Assembly (NCBI GenBank): GCA_964525285.1
Contig: CAZGGQ010000025.1
Span: 187 to 64,186, forward strand
DNA length: 64,000 nt
Direction: 5' to 3'
Source of the DNA: an uncultured Chitinophaga sp.
GTDB taxonomy: Bacteria > Bacteroidota > Bacteroidia > Chitinophagales > Chitinophagaceae
The number at the start of each line of letters is the position of its first letter. Position 1 is the first letter of the stretch. The notes under the pieces are model-generated. The model did no database searches, had not been told where the DNA came from, and saw only the letters and a program-made list of their open reading frames with translations. The position numbers and the translations under genes were made by a program. Below are positions 44,524 through 53,864 of the stretch, in pieces.

Positions 44524-45258
44524 ATGCGAAAGTTACTTTCAATTGCTGCCATAACTGTCATTTTCATTTCTTGCCATGCGCCGAAGCAAACAACAGGAGA
44601 CAATAAACTCACACTTGAGGAAGGGAAAAGCGGATGGAAGCTTTTATTTGATGGCAAGACGACAAAAGGCTGGCACCGTTATGGTGGCGGCGCTATTGAT
44701 TCAGTTTGGAAAGTGGTGGATGGCAGTTTGTGTCTTGACACAAATGCAAAAAAAGAATTTAATATCAGGGGCAATTGGGATATTGTTACAGATGAAGAGT
44801 ATGAAAACTATCAGCTGCAACTGGAATGGAAGATCAGCCAGGATGGAAACAGTGGCATTATCTTTAATGTGCATGAGGATAAAAGCAAACATAACTGGCC
44901 CTGGGAGACCGGCCCGGAAATGCAGGTGCTTGACAATAACGGCCACCCGGATGCTAAATTTCCAAAACATCGTGCAGGCGACCTTTATGACATGATTTCC
45001 TGCTCAAAGGAAACAGTAAAACCGCATGGTGAGTGGAATCATGCCGAAATAAAATGTGCCAACGGAAGGCTTGATCTTTATCTCAACGGGGAGAATGTGG
45101 TATCAACTTCTATCTGGGATGATAACTGGAAAAGAATGATTGCCGGCAGCAAGTTCAGGAATATGGAAGGGTTTGGCACTTATAAAAAAGGCCGTATTGG
45201 CCTGCAGGATCATGGCGACGGAGTTCGCTACAGAAATATTAAGATCAGGAAATTATGA
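44524..45258 (+). CDS. DUF1080-family protein (3-keto-disaccharide hydrolase-like)
   Basis: GWKLLFDGKTTKGW...WKVVDGSL...NSGIIF...GRIGLQDHGDGVRYRNIKIRKL. Confidence 0.85.
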   Translation: MRKLLSIAAITVIFISCHAPKQTTGDNKLTLEEGKSGWKLLFDGKTTKGWHRYGGGAIDSVWKVVDGSLCLDTNAKKEFNIRGNWDIVTDEEYENYQLQLEWKISQDGNSGIIFNVHEDKSKHNWPWETGPEMQVLDNNGHPDAKFPKHRAGDLYDMISCSKETVKPHGEWNHAEIKCANGRLDLYLNGENVVSTSIWDDNWKRMIAGSKFRNMEGFGTYKKGRIGLQDHGDGVRYRNIKIRKL

Positions 45259-45341
45259 CCGGGGATAGTTTGTGCAGACCCTCATCTATAAATCAGGAAA
45301 ATATTTCATACCTTTTCTCTCAATAACCAAAATTAAACATT

Positions 45342-45767
45342 ATGGGCACTGAAATCTTTTCTAACCTCAACTGGCTGGCCGTAATAGTAGCAGGCCTTGC
45401 CTACTTTGCACTGGGTGCAATCTGGTATTCTTTTGTTTTCAAAAATGCATGGATAAAGCATTCCGGTGTGAATGTGAATGACCCGAAAATGAAAAAAGGG
45501 ATGGCTCAGACCATGCTTGCATCACTGGTGCTGATGATAGTTGCAAGTCTCGGCATAGCTTTGTTTCTATCTAAAATTCCCGGGGCAACGACCTGGATGT
45601 CGGGGGCCAAAGTGGGATTAGTGGCCGGCGTTTGTTTTTCTGCTACCGGTATTTGTATCTCCTACCTGTATGAAAAGAGATCCTGGATGCTTCATATAAT
45701 CAATTCGGGCTACAATGTGGCCGGATGCGTTATTGCGGGGATTATTATTTCTGTTTGGCCAAAATAA
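45342..45767 (+). CDS. DUF1761-family membrane protein
   Basis: NWLAVIVAGLAYFALGAIWYSFVFKNAW N-terminus and four TM helices. Confidence 0.65.
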   Translation: MGTEIFSNLNWLAVIVAGLAYFALGAIWYSFVFKNAWIKHSGVNVNDPKMKKGMAQTMLASLVLMIVASLGIALFLSKIPGATTWMSGAKVGLVAGVCFSATGICISYLYEKRSWMLHIINSGYNVAGCVIAGIIISVWPK

Positions 45768-45863
45768 GTTTAAGGAGTTTCAGAAGTTTTATAAGTTCCA
45801 GGGGTTGTCCCAACCTTTTGAACCTGTTAAACTTTTGGAACCTTTTAAACCACTGGAAACAGC
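45768..45863. repeat. Ten phased nonamers in two inverted blocks filling a convergent spacer
   Basis: GTTTAAGGA GTTTCAGAA GTTTTATAA GTTCCAGGG GTTGTCCCA | ACCTTTTGA ACCTGTTAA ACTTTTGGA ACCTTTTAA ACCACTGGA. Occupies exactly the stop-to-stop interval. Confidence 0.8.
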
Positions 45864-47354
45864 TTATTCCACTGTTGTAATCTTAATTATATTAGTGGGC
45901 AGGTGTAATGATACCGGAGTACTCCCGGTGCTGACAACAGTTTCACCCGGTTTCAGGAATTTTCTTTCCTTCAGAATGTCTATCTGGTCTGCAAAAATAT
46001 CATCAAGACTTTCTTCTTCGTCATAATAAAATGCCCTGACACCCCAACTCAGGCTTAACTGGTTTACCAATGTCTTCTCTTTGGTAAACACATAAAGCGG
46101 GGCTTTTGGCCGGTAACTGCTCAGGACAAAACCGGTATACCCGCTTTGTGTCATACCAACCAGCGCATTGGCATTGACATCTTTAGCCAGTTTGCAGGCA
46201 TTGTAACAAGTGGCGTCGCTCAGAAATGATGGCGATTGAGGCTGTGGTGTCAATTCATCTTCCCGGTTGTAATTGTAATCTGTTGCTTCCACTTCCCTGA
46301 TGATCTTGCACATGGTTTCCACCACCAGTACAGGATGATTGCCGGTTGCAGTTTCCCCGCTCAGCATCACCGCATCTGCACCTTCCACTACGGCATTGGC
46401 CACATCAGTGATTTCACTGCGGTTAGGTTTGTTGAATTCGATCATGCTTTCCATCATCTGCGTGGCAACGATCACAGGCTTTGCCCGGTGCATGCATTTC
46501 CGGATGATTTGCTTTTGAAGCAGCGGAACTTTTTCCACGGGCAGCTCCACGCCAAGATCTCCACGGGCGATCATTACCGCATCAGATTCAACAATAATGT
46601 CACGAAGATTCTCCAAGGCCTCAGGCTTTTCAATTTTAGCAATGATCTTGGTCTTGCTTTGTCTATCCACCAGTTTTTTACGGAGAATTTCAATGTCCTT
46701 TACACTGCGGACAAACGAAAGTGCAACCCAATCAAGCCGTTGTTCAATAATAAAATCAAGATCGGCCAGGTCTTTTTTTGTCAGTGCCGGTAAAGATATT
46801 TTTGTATCCGGCAGGTTGATCCCCTTTTTTGATGAAAGAATGCCACCGAGGATCACTTCCACCTGCACATCATTATTCTTCAGGATCTTTTTCACTTTCA
46901 CTTCCAGTTTGCCATCATTTATCAGGATGAGATTTCCCGGTTTTACATCATTATGAAGGTCTGGATAGGAAACATATATTCTTTCTTTGTTGCCAATCAC
47001 TTTTTCATTCGTGAAAGTGAGGATATCTCCCTGTTTGATTTCCATTTCACCTCCTTCCATGTCACCAACCCTCAATTTAGGTCCCTGCAGATCACCGATC
47101 ATGGCAATATTGAAAGGCTCTGTTTTATTTATCTTCCTGATATGCTCAATTATCCTTGCCTTTTCTTCATGAGCGCCGTGAGAAAAATTGAGGCGAAAAA
47201 CATTAACACCCGCTTTTACCAGTGCCAGTAATTTATCATAGGTATCGCAGGCAGGTCCTACTGTTGCAACGATCTTGGTGCGGTGAATTTTATGAGCCAG
47301 CCCGGCATCCCGGTCCATGGATTCGTGATAGTATTTTGCTGCGTGTTTGGTCAT
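45864..47354 (-). CDS. pyk: Pyruvate kinase
   Basis: TKIVATVGPA, NFSHG, MIARGDLGVE and MLSGETA motifs. Confidence 0.95.
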   Translation of the reverse strand: MTKHAAKYYHESMDRDAGLAHKIHRTKIVATVGPACDTYDKLLALVKAGVNVFRLNFSHGAHEEKARIIEHIRKINKTEPFNIAMIGDLQGPKLRVGDMEGGEMEIKQGDILTFTNEKVIGNKERIYVSYPDLHNDVKPGNLILINDGKLEVKVKKILKNNDVQVEVILGGILSSKKGINLPDTKISLPALTKKDLADLDFIIEQRLDWVALSFVRSVKDIEILRKKLVDRQSKTKIIAKIEKPEALENLRDIIVESDAVMIARGDLGVELPVEKVPLLQKQIIRKCMHRAKPVIVATQMMESMIEFNKPNRSEITDVANAVVEGADAVMLSGETATGNHPVLVVETMCKIIREVEATDYNYNREDELTPQPQSPSFLSDATCYNACKLAKDVNANALVGMTQSGYTGFVLSSYRPKAPLYVFTKEKTLVNQLSLSWGVRAFYYDEEESLDDIFADQIDILKERKFLKPGETVVSTGSTPVSLHLPTNIIKITTVE

Positions 47355-47493
47355 TTTGTTGTTGGTTACTTGTTTCTGGTTGTTTGATTATGGATTCTGG
47401 TTTAATGGTTTTTCGAAATTGGAATTTGCAGTTGATCTTTAAACACCAGAATCCAGCATCCAGAATCCAGCATCCAGAATCCAGAATCTGAAT
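47355..47493. repeat. About 19 phased heptamers: TGGTT-type block then TCCAGMA block (inverted)
   Basis: GTTGGTT ACTTGTT TCTGGTT GTTTGAT TATGGAT TCTGGTT ... ACCAGAA TCCAGCA TCCAGAA TCCAGCA TCCAGAA TCCAGAA TCTGAAT, in constant phase. Fills the whole pfkA-stop to pyk-start spacer. Confidence 0.85.
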
Positions 47494-48477
47494 TTATGAT
47501 GCTAATATCTTTACGATCTTCATCCACTCCTCACTGATCTTTCCTTTATTTTTTACTGCATCACCCAGCGGTATGTAATGCATTTTATTATTCTGTATGC
47601 CAACAAAAACATTATACCTTCCTTCAACAAGGCATTCTACAGCATGATAACCCATGCGGCTTGCGATCAGCCTGTCAATGCAACTGGGCGAGCCACCCCG
47701 TTGTATATGCCCAAGAATGCAAACTCTTATTTCCGCCTGGGGTATTTTTTCTTTTAAAATTTTATGAACCTCCGCAGCACCGCCGAATTCATCCCCCTCC
47801 GCTACCACAATCAGGTTCACCAGTTTTTTTCTTCTTTCTTTTTCAAGAAGCGATTCAATGATATTATTTATATCCGTCTTTCTTTCAGGGATAAGAATAT
47901 TTTCAGCGCCTGTGGCTATTCCGCTATGCAGTGCAATATAGCCGGCATCCCTGCCCATTACCTCAATGATGAAAATACGGTCATGGGCATCCATGGTGTC
48001 CCTTACTTTATCTATGGCTTCAACGGCTGTGTTTACCGCTGTATCAAAACCAATTGTAAAGTCAGTTCCGAGAATATCCTTATCAATGGTTCCTGCAATA
48101 CCGATACAGGGTATATCAAACTCTTTGCTGAATTCCACAGCTCCACGGAAAGAACCATCGCCCCCAATAATCACAAGGCCGTTAATGCCTCTTTTTTTCA
48201 GGTTACTATACGCCTTCTTTCTGCCTTCGAAGTCATAAAATTCCTGGCACCGGGCCGTTTTCAACATCGTGCCGCCCCGCTGGATAATGTTAGCAACCGA
48301 CCGGGATTCCATCTGGTAAATATCATCCTCGATCAGGCCCTGGTACCCCCGCATAATACCATATACCTCCAATCCATGATAAATACCCGTACGGACAACC
48401 GCCCTTATTGCTGCATTCATGCCGGGAGAATCCCCTCCTGAAGTTAACACGCCGATCCGGGTAATTTTTTTTTCCAT
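47494..48477 (-). CDS. pfkA: ATP-dependent 6-phosphofructokinase
   Basis: IGVLTSGGDSPGMNAAIRAVVR, GLVIIGGDGS, GIAGTIDKD and MGRDAGYIAL motifs. Confidence 0.95.
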   Translation of the reverse strand: MEKKITRIGVLTSGGDSPGMNAAIRAVVRTGIYHGLEVYGIMRGYQGLIEDDIYQMESRSVANIIQRGGTMLKTARCQEFYDFEGRKKAYSNLKKRGINGLVIIGGDGSFRGAVEFSKEFDIPCIGIAGTIDKDILGTDFTIGFDTAVNTAVEAIDKVRDTMDAHDRIFIIEVMGRDAGYIALHSGIATGAENILIPERKTDINNIIESLLEKERRKKLVNLIVVAEGDEFGGAAEVHKILKEKIPQAEIRVCILGHIQRGGSPSCIDRLIASRMGYHAVECLVEGRYNVFVGIQNNKMHYIPLGDAVKNKGKISEEWMKIVKILAS

Positions 48478-48733
48478 TTCAGATATTAAGCATCAAAAAT
48501 AAAGCTTTGTTCTTAGAAGTGTACTTTAGACACATTTATTATTTTGATGCATACAAATATAGGTCAGCCGTTCTGCCTGTTTTAAACTTATATTTTTGGA
48601 AACATAATCAGCCTTGAAATCTTCTTTCATCTTCTGCTATCGCCTTTTGTAAAATGAGTGGTTGCGCAGAATGCCAGGTGATTTTTTTAAAGGCAGTTTC
48701 GCCTAACTTTAGTTGTCACAAAAAATGCTGATC

Positions 48734-50872
48734 ATGAAAAAGCTACTTTCATTTCTTTTCCTGTCGCTTCCCCTGTTGCTTAATGCCCAGTTACAATACC
48801 CTGAAACAAAAAAGGGAGATGTAGCGGAGAATTACCAGGAAACAAAAGTTTCGGATCCCTATCGCTGGCTGGAAGATGATAACAGCCCCGAAACAAAAGA
48901 CTGGGTAAAGGCCCAGAATAAAGTAACTTTTGATTATCTCGCTGGCATTCCTCAAAGGGATAAAATAAGGAAAAGACTGGAAGAACTCTGGAATTATCCC
49001 AGATATTCATCGCCGTTCAAAAAAGCCGACAGCTATTATTTTTTTAAAAATGACGGTCTGCAAAATCAGGCGGTGATGTATCGCCAGAAAGGGCTTGCCG
49101 GCAAGCCGGAAGAATTTTTGAACCCCAATACCTTAAATAAAGAAGGCATTGCTGCATTGGGCGGCACCAGTTTCAGCAAGACCGGGAAATATTTTATGTA
49201 TTCGATCGCCGTCGCTGGCAGCGACTGGAAGGAAATGTTTGTAATGGAGACGAGCAGCAAAAAATTATTAAAAGATAAGATACAGTGGACAAAATTTGGC
49301 AGCGCCAGTTGGAATGGCGATGATGGCTTTTATTACAGCGGTTATGACCAGCCTGATGAAAAAATAAAACTCAGCGAACAAAACCAATACAATAAAGTTT
49401 ATTATCACAGGTTAGGAACTGAACAGGCAAAAGATATTTTGCTGTATGAAGATAAAACCAAGCCGCTGCGTTACTATGGGGCCGGGCTATCAGAAGATGG
49501 CCGGTTTCTGATACTCGGCATTGCTGAAGGCACCAGCGGCGGAGAAATATGGTATCGTGAAATGAAAGATCCGGCGCAGGACAATTTTAAACTATTGATA
49601 CCGGGCTTTTCTACTGACCCTGACTTCGTTGACAATGATGGAGGCAAATTGCTGATCCGGACCAATGATGATGCTCCTAATTATAAAGTGGTATTGGTTG
49701 ATCCCAGGCACCCCGAAAAAAAGAACTGGAAGGATATTATACCGGAAAGGGAAGAAGCATTGCAGGGAGTAGGTATTGGCGGCGGTTATTTATTTGCCAG
49801 TTACCTGAAAGATGCATCAACCAAGGTATACCAATACTCTTATGACGGCAAACTCGTTCGTGAAATAAAATTGCCGGGTATAGGGACAGCCAGCGGCTTC
49901 GGCGGTGAAAAAGAGGACAAAGAGTTCTTTTATTCCTTTACTTCTTTCAGCACAGCACCTTCTATTTACCGGTATAATATTGCCACAGGCCAGTCTTCTT
50001 TATTCCGCAAAACAAAGGTAAAGATCAGGACGGAAGATTTTGTGACGGACCAGGTATTTTTTACCAGCAAGGATGGAACAAAAGTGCCCATGTTCCTTAC
50101 CTATAAAAAAGGGATGATACAGAATGGCAAGAACCCTGTACTTATTTACGGATATGGGGGTTTCAATATTCCTATCACACCGGGTTTCAGTACCAGCAAT
50201 GCATTCTTTGTTGAACAGGGGGGTATTTATGTATCGGTGACTCTCCGGGGCGGAAGTGAGTATGGCGAAAAATGGCATAAGGCTGGTATGCTTGATAAAA
50301 AACAAAATGTATTTGATGATTTTATTGCTGCCGCTGAATACCTGATCAAAGAAAAGTATACCAACAACCAGAAAATAGCGATCCGGGGCGGAAGTAATGG
50401 GGGATTATTAGTTGGTGCAGCCATGACACAGCGGCCCGATCTTTTCAAAGTGGCATTGCCGGCCGTGGGAGTTATGGATATGTTGCGGTTTCATAAGTTT
50501 ACGGTAGGCTGGGGATGGGCGGTTGAATACGGCAATGCAGATTCGGCCAGCCAGTTTCCCTATTTATACAAATATTCTCCCTATCATAACTTAAAACCAG
50601 GCTTAAGTTACCCGGCTACGTTAGTTACCACTGCCGATCATGATGACCGGGTGGTTCCGGCACATTCATTCAAGTTTGCCTCCCGTTTACAGGAGTATCA
50701 CACAGGTACTAATCCTGTCTTAATCCGCATTGAAACAAATGCAGGCCATGGAGCAGGTAAACCAACCAGCAAGCAGATTGATGAAACAGCCGACATATGG
50801 AGTTTTGTAATGTATAATCTTGGAATGCCTTTCAAAGAGCCCGTAAATACAGGGCCAAAGAAAGCATTCTGA
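48734..50872 (+). CDS. Prolyl oligopeptidase (S9A)
   Basis: DPYRWLEDDNSPETKDWV N-terminal signature, GGSNGGLL nucleophile and DHDDRV. Start set to MKKLLSF (signal peptide). Confidence 0.9.
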   Translation: MKKLLSFLFLSLPLLLNAQLQYPETKKGDVAENYQETKVSDPYRWLEDDNSPETKDWVKAQNKVTFDYLAGIPQRDKIRKRLEELWNYPRYSSPFKKADSYYFFKNDGLQNQAVMYRQKGLAGKPEEFLNPNTLNKEGIAALGGTSFSKTGKYFMYSIAVAGSDWKEMFVMETSSKKLLKDKIQWTKFGSASWNGDDGFYYSGYDQPDEKIKLSEQNQYNKVYYHRLGTEQAKDILLYEDKTKPLRYYGAGLSEDGRFLILGIAEGTSGGEIWYREMKDPAQDNFKLLIPGFSTDPDFVDNDGGKLLIRTNDDAPNYKVVLVDPRHPEKKNWKDIIPEREEALQGVGIGGGYLFASYLKDASTKVYQYSYDGKLVREIKLPGIGTASGFGGEKEDKEFFYSFTSFSTAPSIYRYNIATGQSSLFRKTKVKIRTEDFVTDQVFFTSKDGTKVPMFLTYKKGMIQNGKNPVLIYGYGGFNIPITPGFSTSNAFFVEQGGIYVSVTLRGGSEYGEKWHKAGMLDKKQNVFDDFIAAAEYLIKEKYTNNQKIAIRGGSNGGLLVGAAMTQRPDLFKVALPAVGVMDMLRFHKFTVGWGWAVEYGNADSASQFPYLYKYSPYHNLKPGLSYPATLVTTADHDDRVVPAHSFKFASRLQEYHTGTNPVLIRIETNAGHGAGKPTSKQIDETADIWSFVMYNLGMPFKEPVNTGPKKAF

Positions 50873-50968
50873 CCCGGTATGAAATAAATTAATAGCAGGG
50901 TAAGGAAAAAAGATAGTATTCAAGCGCATTTCATGATAAATGGTTGCGCTTTTTATTTATATCTGCTA

Positions 50969-50976
50969 TATATTTG
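50969..50976 (+). promoter_or_regulatory. Candidate -7 box (TATATTTG)
   Basis: Matches TAnnTTTG 19 nt upstream of the ATG at 50995. Confidence 0.3.
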
Positions 50977-50994
50977 CGACTCAAAAAATAACAC

Positions 50995-51714
50995 ATGAGA
51001 AAAAAGGGCGTACCCATGAAAAATTGTTTAATTTTTTTGTTCTTTTCTTTTATTGTATCTGCTTCATTCGGGCAGGGTGGTTCTCCTGACCAAAATGGCA
51101 ATACCCAGGAAGCAGGTATGGCTGATCTCCAGTTAAAGCCTATCAGGCTGCCTGCCCTGCAGGAAGTGGGTGGCTCTCCTTTTTTGACTAACGATTATAA
51201 ATTGGGGTCAGTGCATATAAGCAATGATAAGACGGTGACGAATGTTCCTGTCAAGTTCAATATATTCAGCAATGCGGTTATGGTGCAAAAAGACGGAGAA
51301 GAACTGAAACTTGAATCATTTGAGCTTGTTTCATATGATGAACCGGGCAATAACGGGGCGATCAAACATATTAATTTCAGGCAGGGATATCCTGAAATTG
51401 ATAATCATACCGGCACCACAATTTACCAGGTGCTGGCTTTTGGCCCTAATATTCACTTCCTGAAATTCCTATCTCAAAAGGTGGAAGATGCACCTACCCT
51501 GGGTGATTACAGCCGCAGGGAAATTGTTACGACCCAGCAATTATATATCTACCTGCCTGGTGGAGAAATAAAAAAGATTAAAGCAGGAAAGCAATCCGTG
51601 CTGGATGCTTTGCCCGGAATGTCAGCAAAAATTGAAGAAGCCATCAAAGCAGGCAACCTGAACCTGAAAAGTGAAGGCGATATAGTTACTCTTGTGAATG
51701 GACTGAATCAGTAA
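50995..51714 (+). CDS. Hypothetical secreted protein
   Basis: Signal peptide ...MKNCLIFLFFSFIVSASFG. No recognised domain. Confidence 0.55.
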   Translation: MRKKGVPMKNCLIFLFFSFIVSASFGQGGSPDQNGNTQEAGMADLQLKPIRLPALQEVGGSPFLTNDYKLGSVHISNDKTVTNVPVKFNIFSNAVMVQKDGEELKLESFELVSYDEPGNNGAIKHINFRQGYPEIDNHTGTTIYQVLAFGPNIHFLKFLSQKVEDAPTLGDYSRREIVTTQQLYIYLPGGEIKKIKAGKQSVLDALPGMSAKIEEAIKAGNLNLKSEGDIVTLVNGLNQ

Positions 51715-51741
51715 TGATCTGTCTTTTAATATCTGATTGAT

Positions 51742-51771
51742 AAATCCTGTTCATTCAAACAGGATTTTTTA
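51742..51771 (+). terminator. Rho-independent terminator
   Basis: AAATCCTGT-TCATTCAA-ACAGGATTT followed by TTTT. Confidence 0.75.
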
Positions 51772-51783
51772 TGCTGATAACTC

Positions 51784-51791
51784 TATTTTTG
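51784..51791 (+). promoter_or_regulatory. Candidate -7 box (TATTTTTG), would give a near-leaderless mRNA
   Basis: Matches TAnnTTTG 4 nt upstream of the ATG at 51796. Confidence 0.25.
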
Positions 51792-51795
51792 ATGA

Positions 51796-52683
51796 ATGAA
51801 AATCCTGGTTACCGGCGCCAATGGGTTCTTGGGATACTATCTCTCCAAACAATTATTGGAAAGAGAGCATGAGGTAATTGCCACCGGCAGGGGCAGGTGC
51901 CGTTTACCATTTAATGATCATAAACTCTTTCATTATGAATCAATGGATTTTACTGATCCATTTGCCGTGCATGATGTATTTGAAAAATACAGGCCCGGGG
52001 TATTGATTCATGCCGGCGCCATGACTAATGTGGATGAATGTGAACAAAACCAGTGGCAGGCTTATGTAACCAATGTGGAGGGGACGGTAACCATGTTGCT
52101 GAATGCAGAAGAATTCAAATGTTTTTTTGTTTTTGTTTCAACCGATTTCATTTTTGATGGAGAAAAGGGAATGTATAATGAAGATGATCTTCCAGGCCCT
52201 GTAAATTTTTATGGCAAAACAAAATGGGAAGCTGAGGCGGCGGTAAAAGAATATGACTATGACTGGGCAATTGTCAGGACTATTTTGGTTTACGGCAAAC
52301 CAATTACAGGGAAAGCCAATATTCTGACAGTTGTAAAAGAAAAACTGGAGAAAGGAGAGGAGTATAGCGTCGTAAACGACCAGGTAAGAACACCCAGCTT
52401 TGTGGAAGACCTGGCCGCTGGCATTATATCAGTTATTGAAAGGAAAGCAACGGGTATTTATCATTTATCGGGCGAAGACATCCTGACACCGTATGAAATG
52501 GCCTGCAAGGTTGCTGATTATTTGAAACTGAATAAATCCCTAATTAAAAAAGTGACGGCAGCAGATTTTTCCCAACCCGCCAGGCGACCGCTAAGAACAG
52601 GATTTTCAATTGACAAGGCAAAAAAAAAATTAGGATTTCATCCTGTTTCTTTTGAAGAAGGGATAAGGCGAACTTTTTCCTGA
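51796..52683 (+). CDS. SDR-family NAD(P)-dependent reductase, RmlD (dTDP-4-dehydrorhamnose reductase)-like
   Basis: MKILVTGANGFLG Rossmann motif and YGKTKWEAE (YxxxK). Length about 295 aa. Confidence 0.75.
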   Translation: MKILVTGANGFLGYYLSKQLLEREHEVIATGRGRCRLPFNDHKLFHYESMDFTDPFAVHDVFEKYRPGVLIHAGAMTNVDECEQNQWQAYVTNVEGTVTMLLNAEEFKCFFVFVSTDFIFDGEKGMYNEDDLPGPVNFYGKTKWEAEAAVKEYDYDWAIVRTILVYGKPITGKANILTVVKEKLEKGEEYSVVNDQVRTPSFVEDLAAGIISVIERKATGIYHLSGEDILTPYEMACKVADYLKLNKSLIKKVTAADFSQPARRPLRTGFSIDKAKKKLGFHPVSFEEGIRRTFS

Positions 52684-52690
52684 TCATTCA

Positions 52691-53638
52691 TCAATTCATC
52701 ATCAGCACATTCACACTCCGCTGGAGAATATTAAAAGCAATTTCCGCCATCAGGTTTTCTTTGTCCAATGTGGGATTCACTTCGGCTATTTCAAAACAGC
52801 ACACTTTGCGGTTCTGCATAAATTTGCTGATGAGATCTTCGGCTTCTCTTTCTTTCAGTCCATTGCCCACCGGGGTTCCGGTTCCTTTGGAGATAGAAGA
52901 GTCCAGGCTGTCCACGTCAAATGAAATATAGATATCCGTGCAATCTGACAGGTAACGGAGAACCGCCCTCACTATGTTCTCGGCGCCTTTATTTCTTACT
53001 TCTTTGGTGCTGATCACTTTCATATCATATTTCTCAATCAGGTGCTTTTCTTCCTTTTCATAATCCCGCAAAGAAATAAACACAACATCTTCAGGCAAGA
53101 CCTTCGGGCTTATTTTACCAATATTTTTTAAGTAGTTCCAGTATTTGGTTGTTTCGTCATCTACATCATGTACTGCACAGTCTTCATTATTTTTATTGAT
53201 GCTTATAGACATCGGCATTCCATGCACATTACCACTTGGTGTGGTAAACGGAGTATGCAGATCAGCATGGGCGTCAATCCAAATCACCCCTAATTTACTT
53301 TTTGGCTTTGCCATTTTTAAGCCGGCAATGCTGGCACCTGCCGTACTGTGATCACCACTTATGATTACGGGGAAAAAATTATTTTTAATTGATTCACTTA
53401 CCGCCTTGCTCACCCTTTCATACATAGTGGCAATGCCTTTGATCCTTTTTGCATAAGGTGATTCAATGGGTTCGTACAACAGCTTGTTTTCTGTCTGAAT
53501 TTTTTCAGATGGGAAATGAATAAAGAAATTACTCATGAAATCCAGGGCAGCGATCTTAATGGCTTCAATACCAAGACTGGCACCACGTGTGCCGGCGCCA
53601 ATTTCAGACGGCACTTCAATCAGTTTAATATTCTTCAT
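52691..53638 (-). CDS. Arginase-family (ureohydrolase) enzyme
   Basis: ISGDHSTA, WIDAHADLHT and SFDVDSLD manganese-binding motifs. Confidence 0.85.
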   Translation of the reverse strand: MKNIKLIEVPSEIGAGTRGASLGIEAIKIAALDFMSNFFIHFPSEKIQTENKLLYEPIESPYAKRIKGIATMYERVSKAVSESIKNNFFPVIISGDHSTAGASIAGLKMAKPKSKLGVIWIDAHADLHTPFTTPSGNVHGMPMSISINKNNEDCAVHDVDDETTKYWNYLKNIGKISPKVLPEDVVFISLRDYEKEEKHLIEKYDMKVISTKEVRNKGAENIVRAVLRYLSDCTDIYISFDVDSLDSSISKGTGTPVGNGLKEREAEDLISKFMQNRKVCCFEIAEVNPTLDKENLMAEIAFNILQRSVNVLMMN

Positions 53639-53864
53639 AAAAGCAATCGTTAATGAAACAACCCGGCCTCACCGGTAAATAAAATGGGCAGCTAAGTAAG
53701 GGGGCGTGTCGGCAAATTAATCCGGGATGTAAAAATTGGCTGGTAATGACTTTTCAGCAAATGAATAAATGAATACCAGCTTTTTTCTTTGGCGGATCAT
53801 ACTAAAGACAAAGATAAATATTAGTTTCCGTGATGTCAAGTGGATGTTTAAACAGGAATGTTCC

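Noticed and set aside
47355-47493. Tandem repeat tracts (also 45768-45863, 16081-16217, 30691-30746) as possible CRISPR arrays.
   Set aside because: The period is only 7 or 9 nt with no unique spacers. The arms are mutually inverted, and no cas genes are present.
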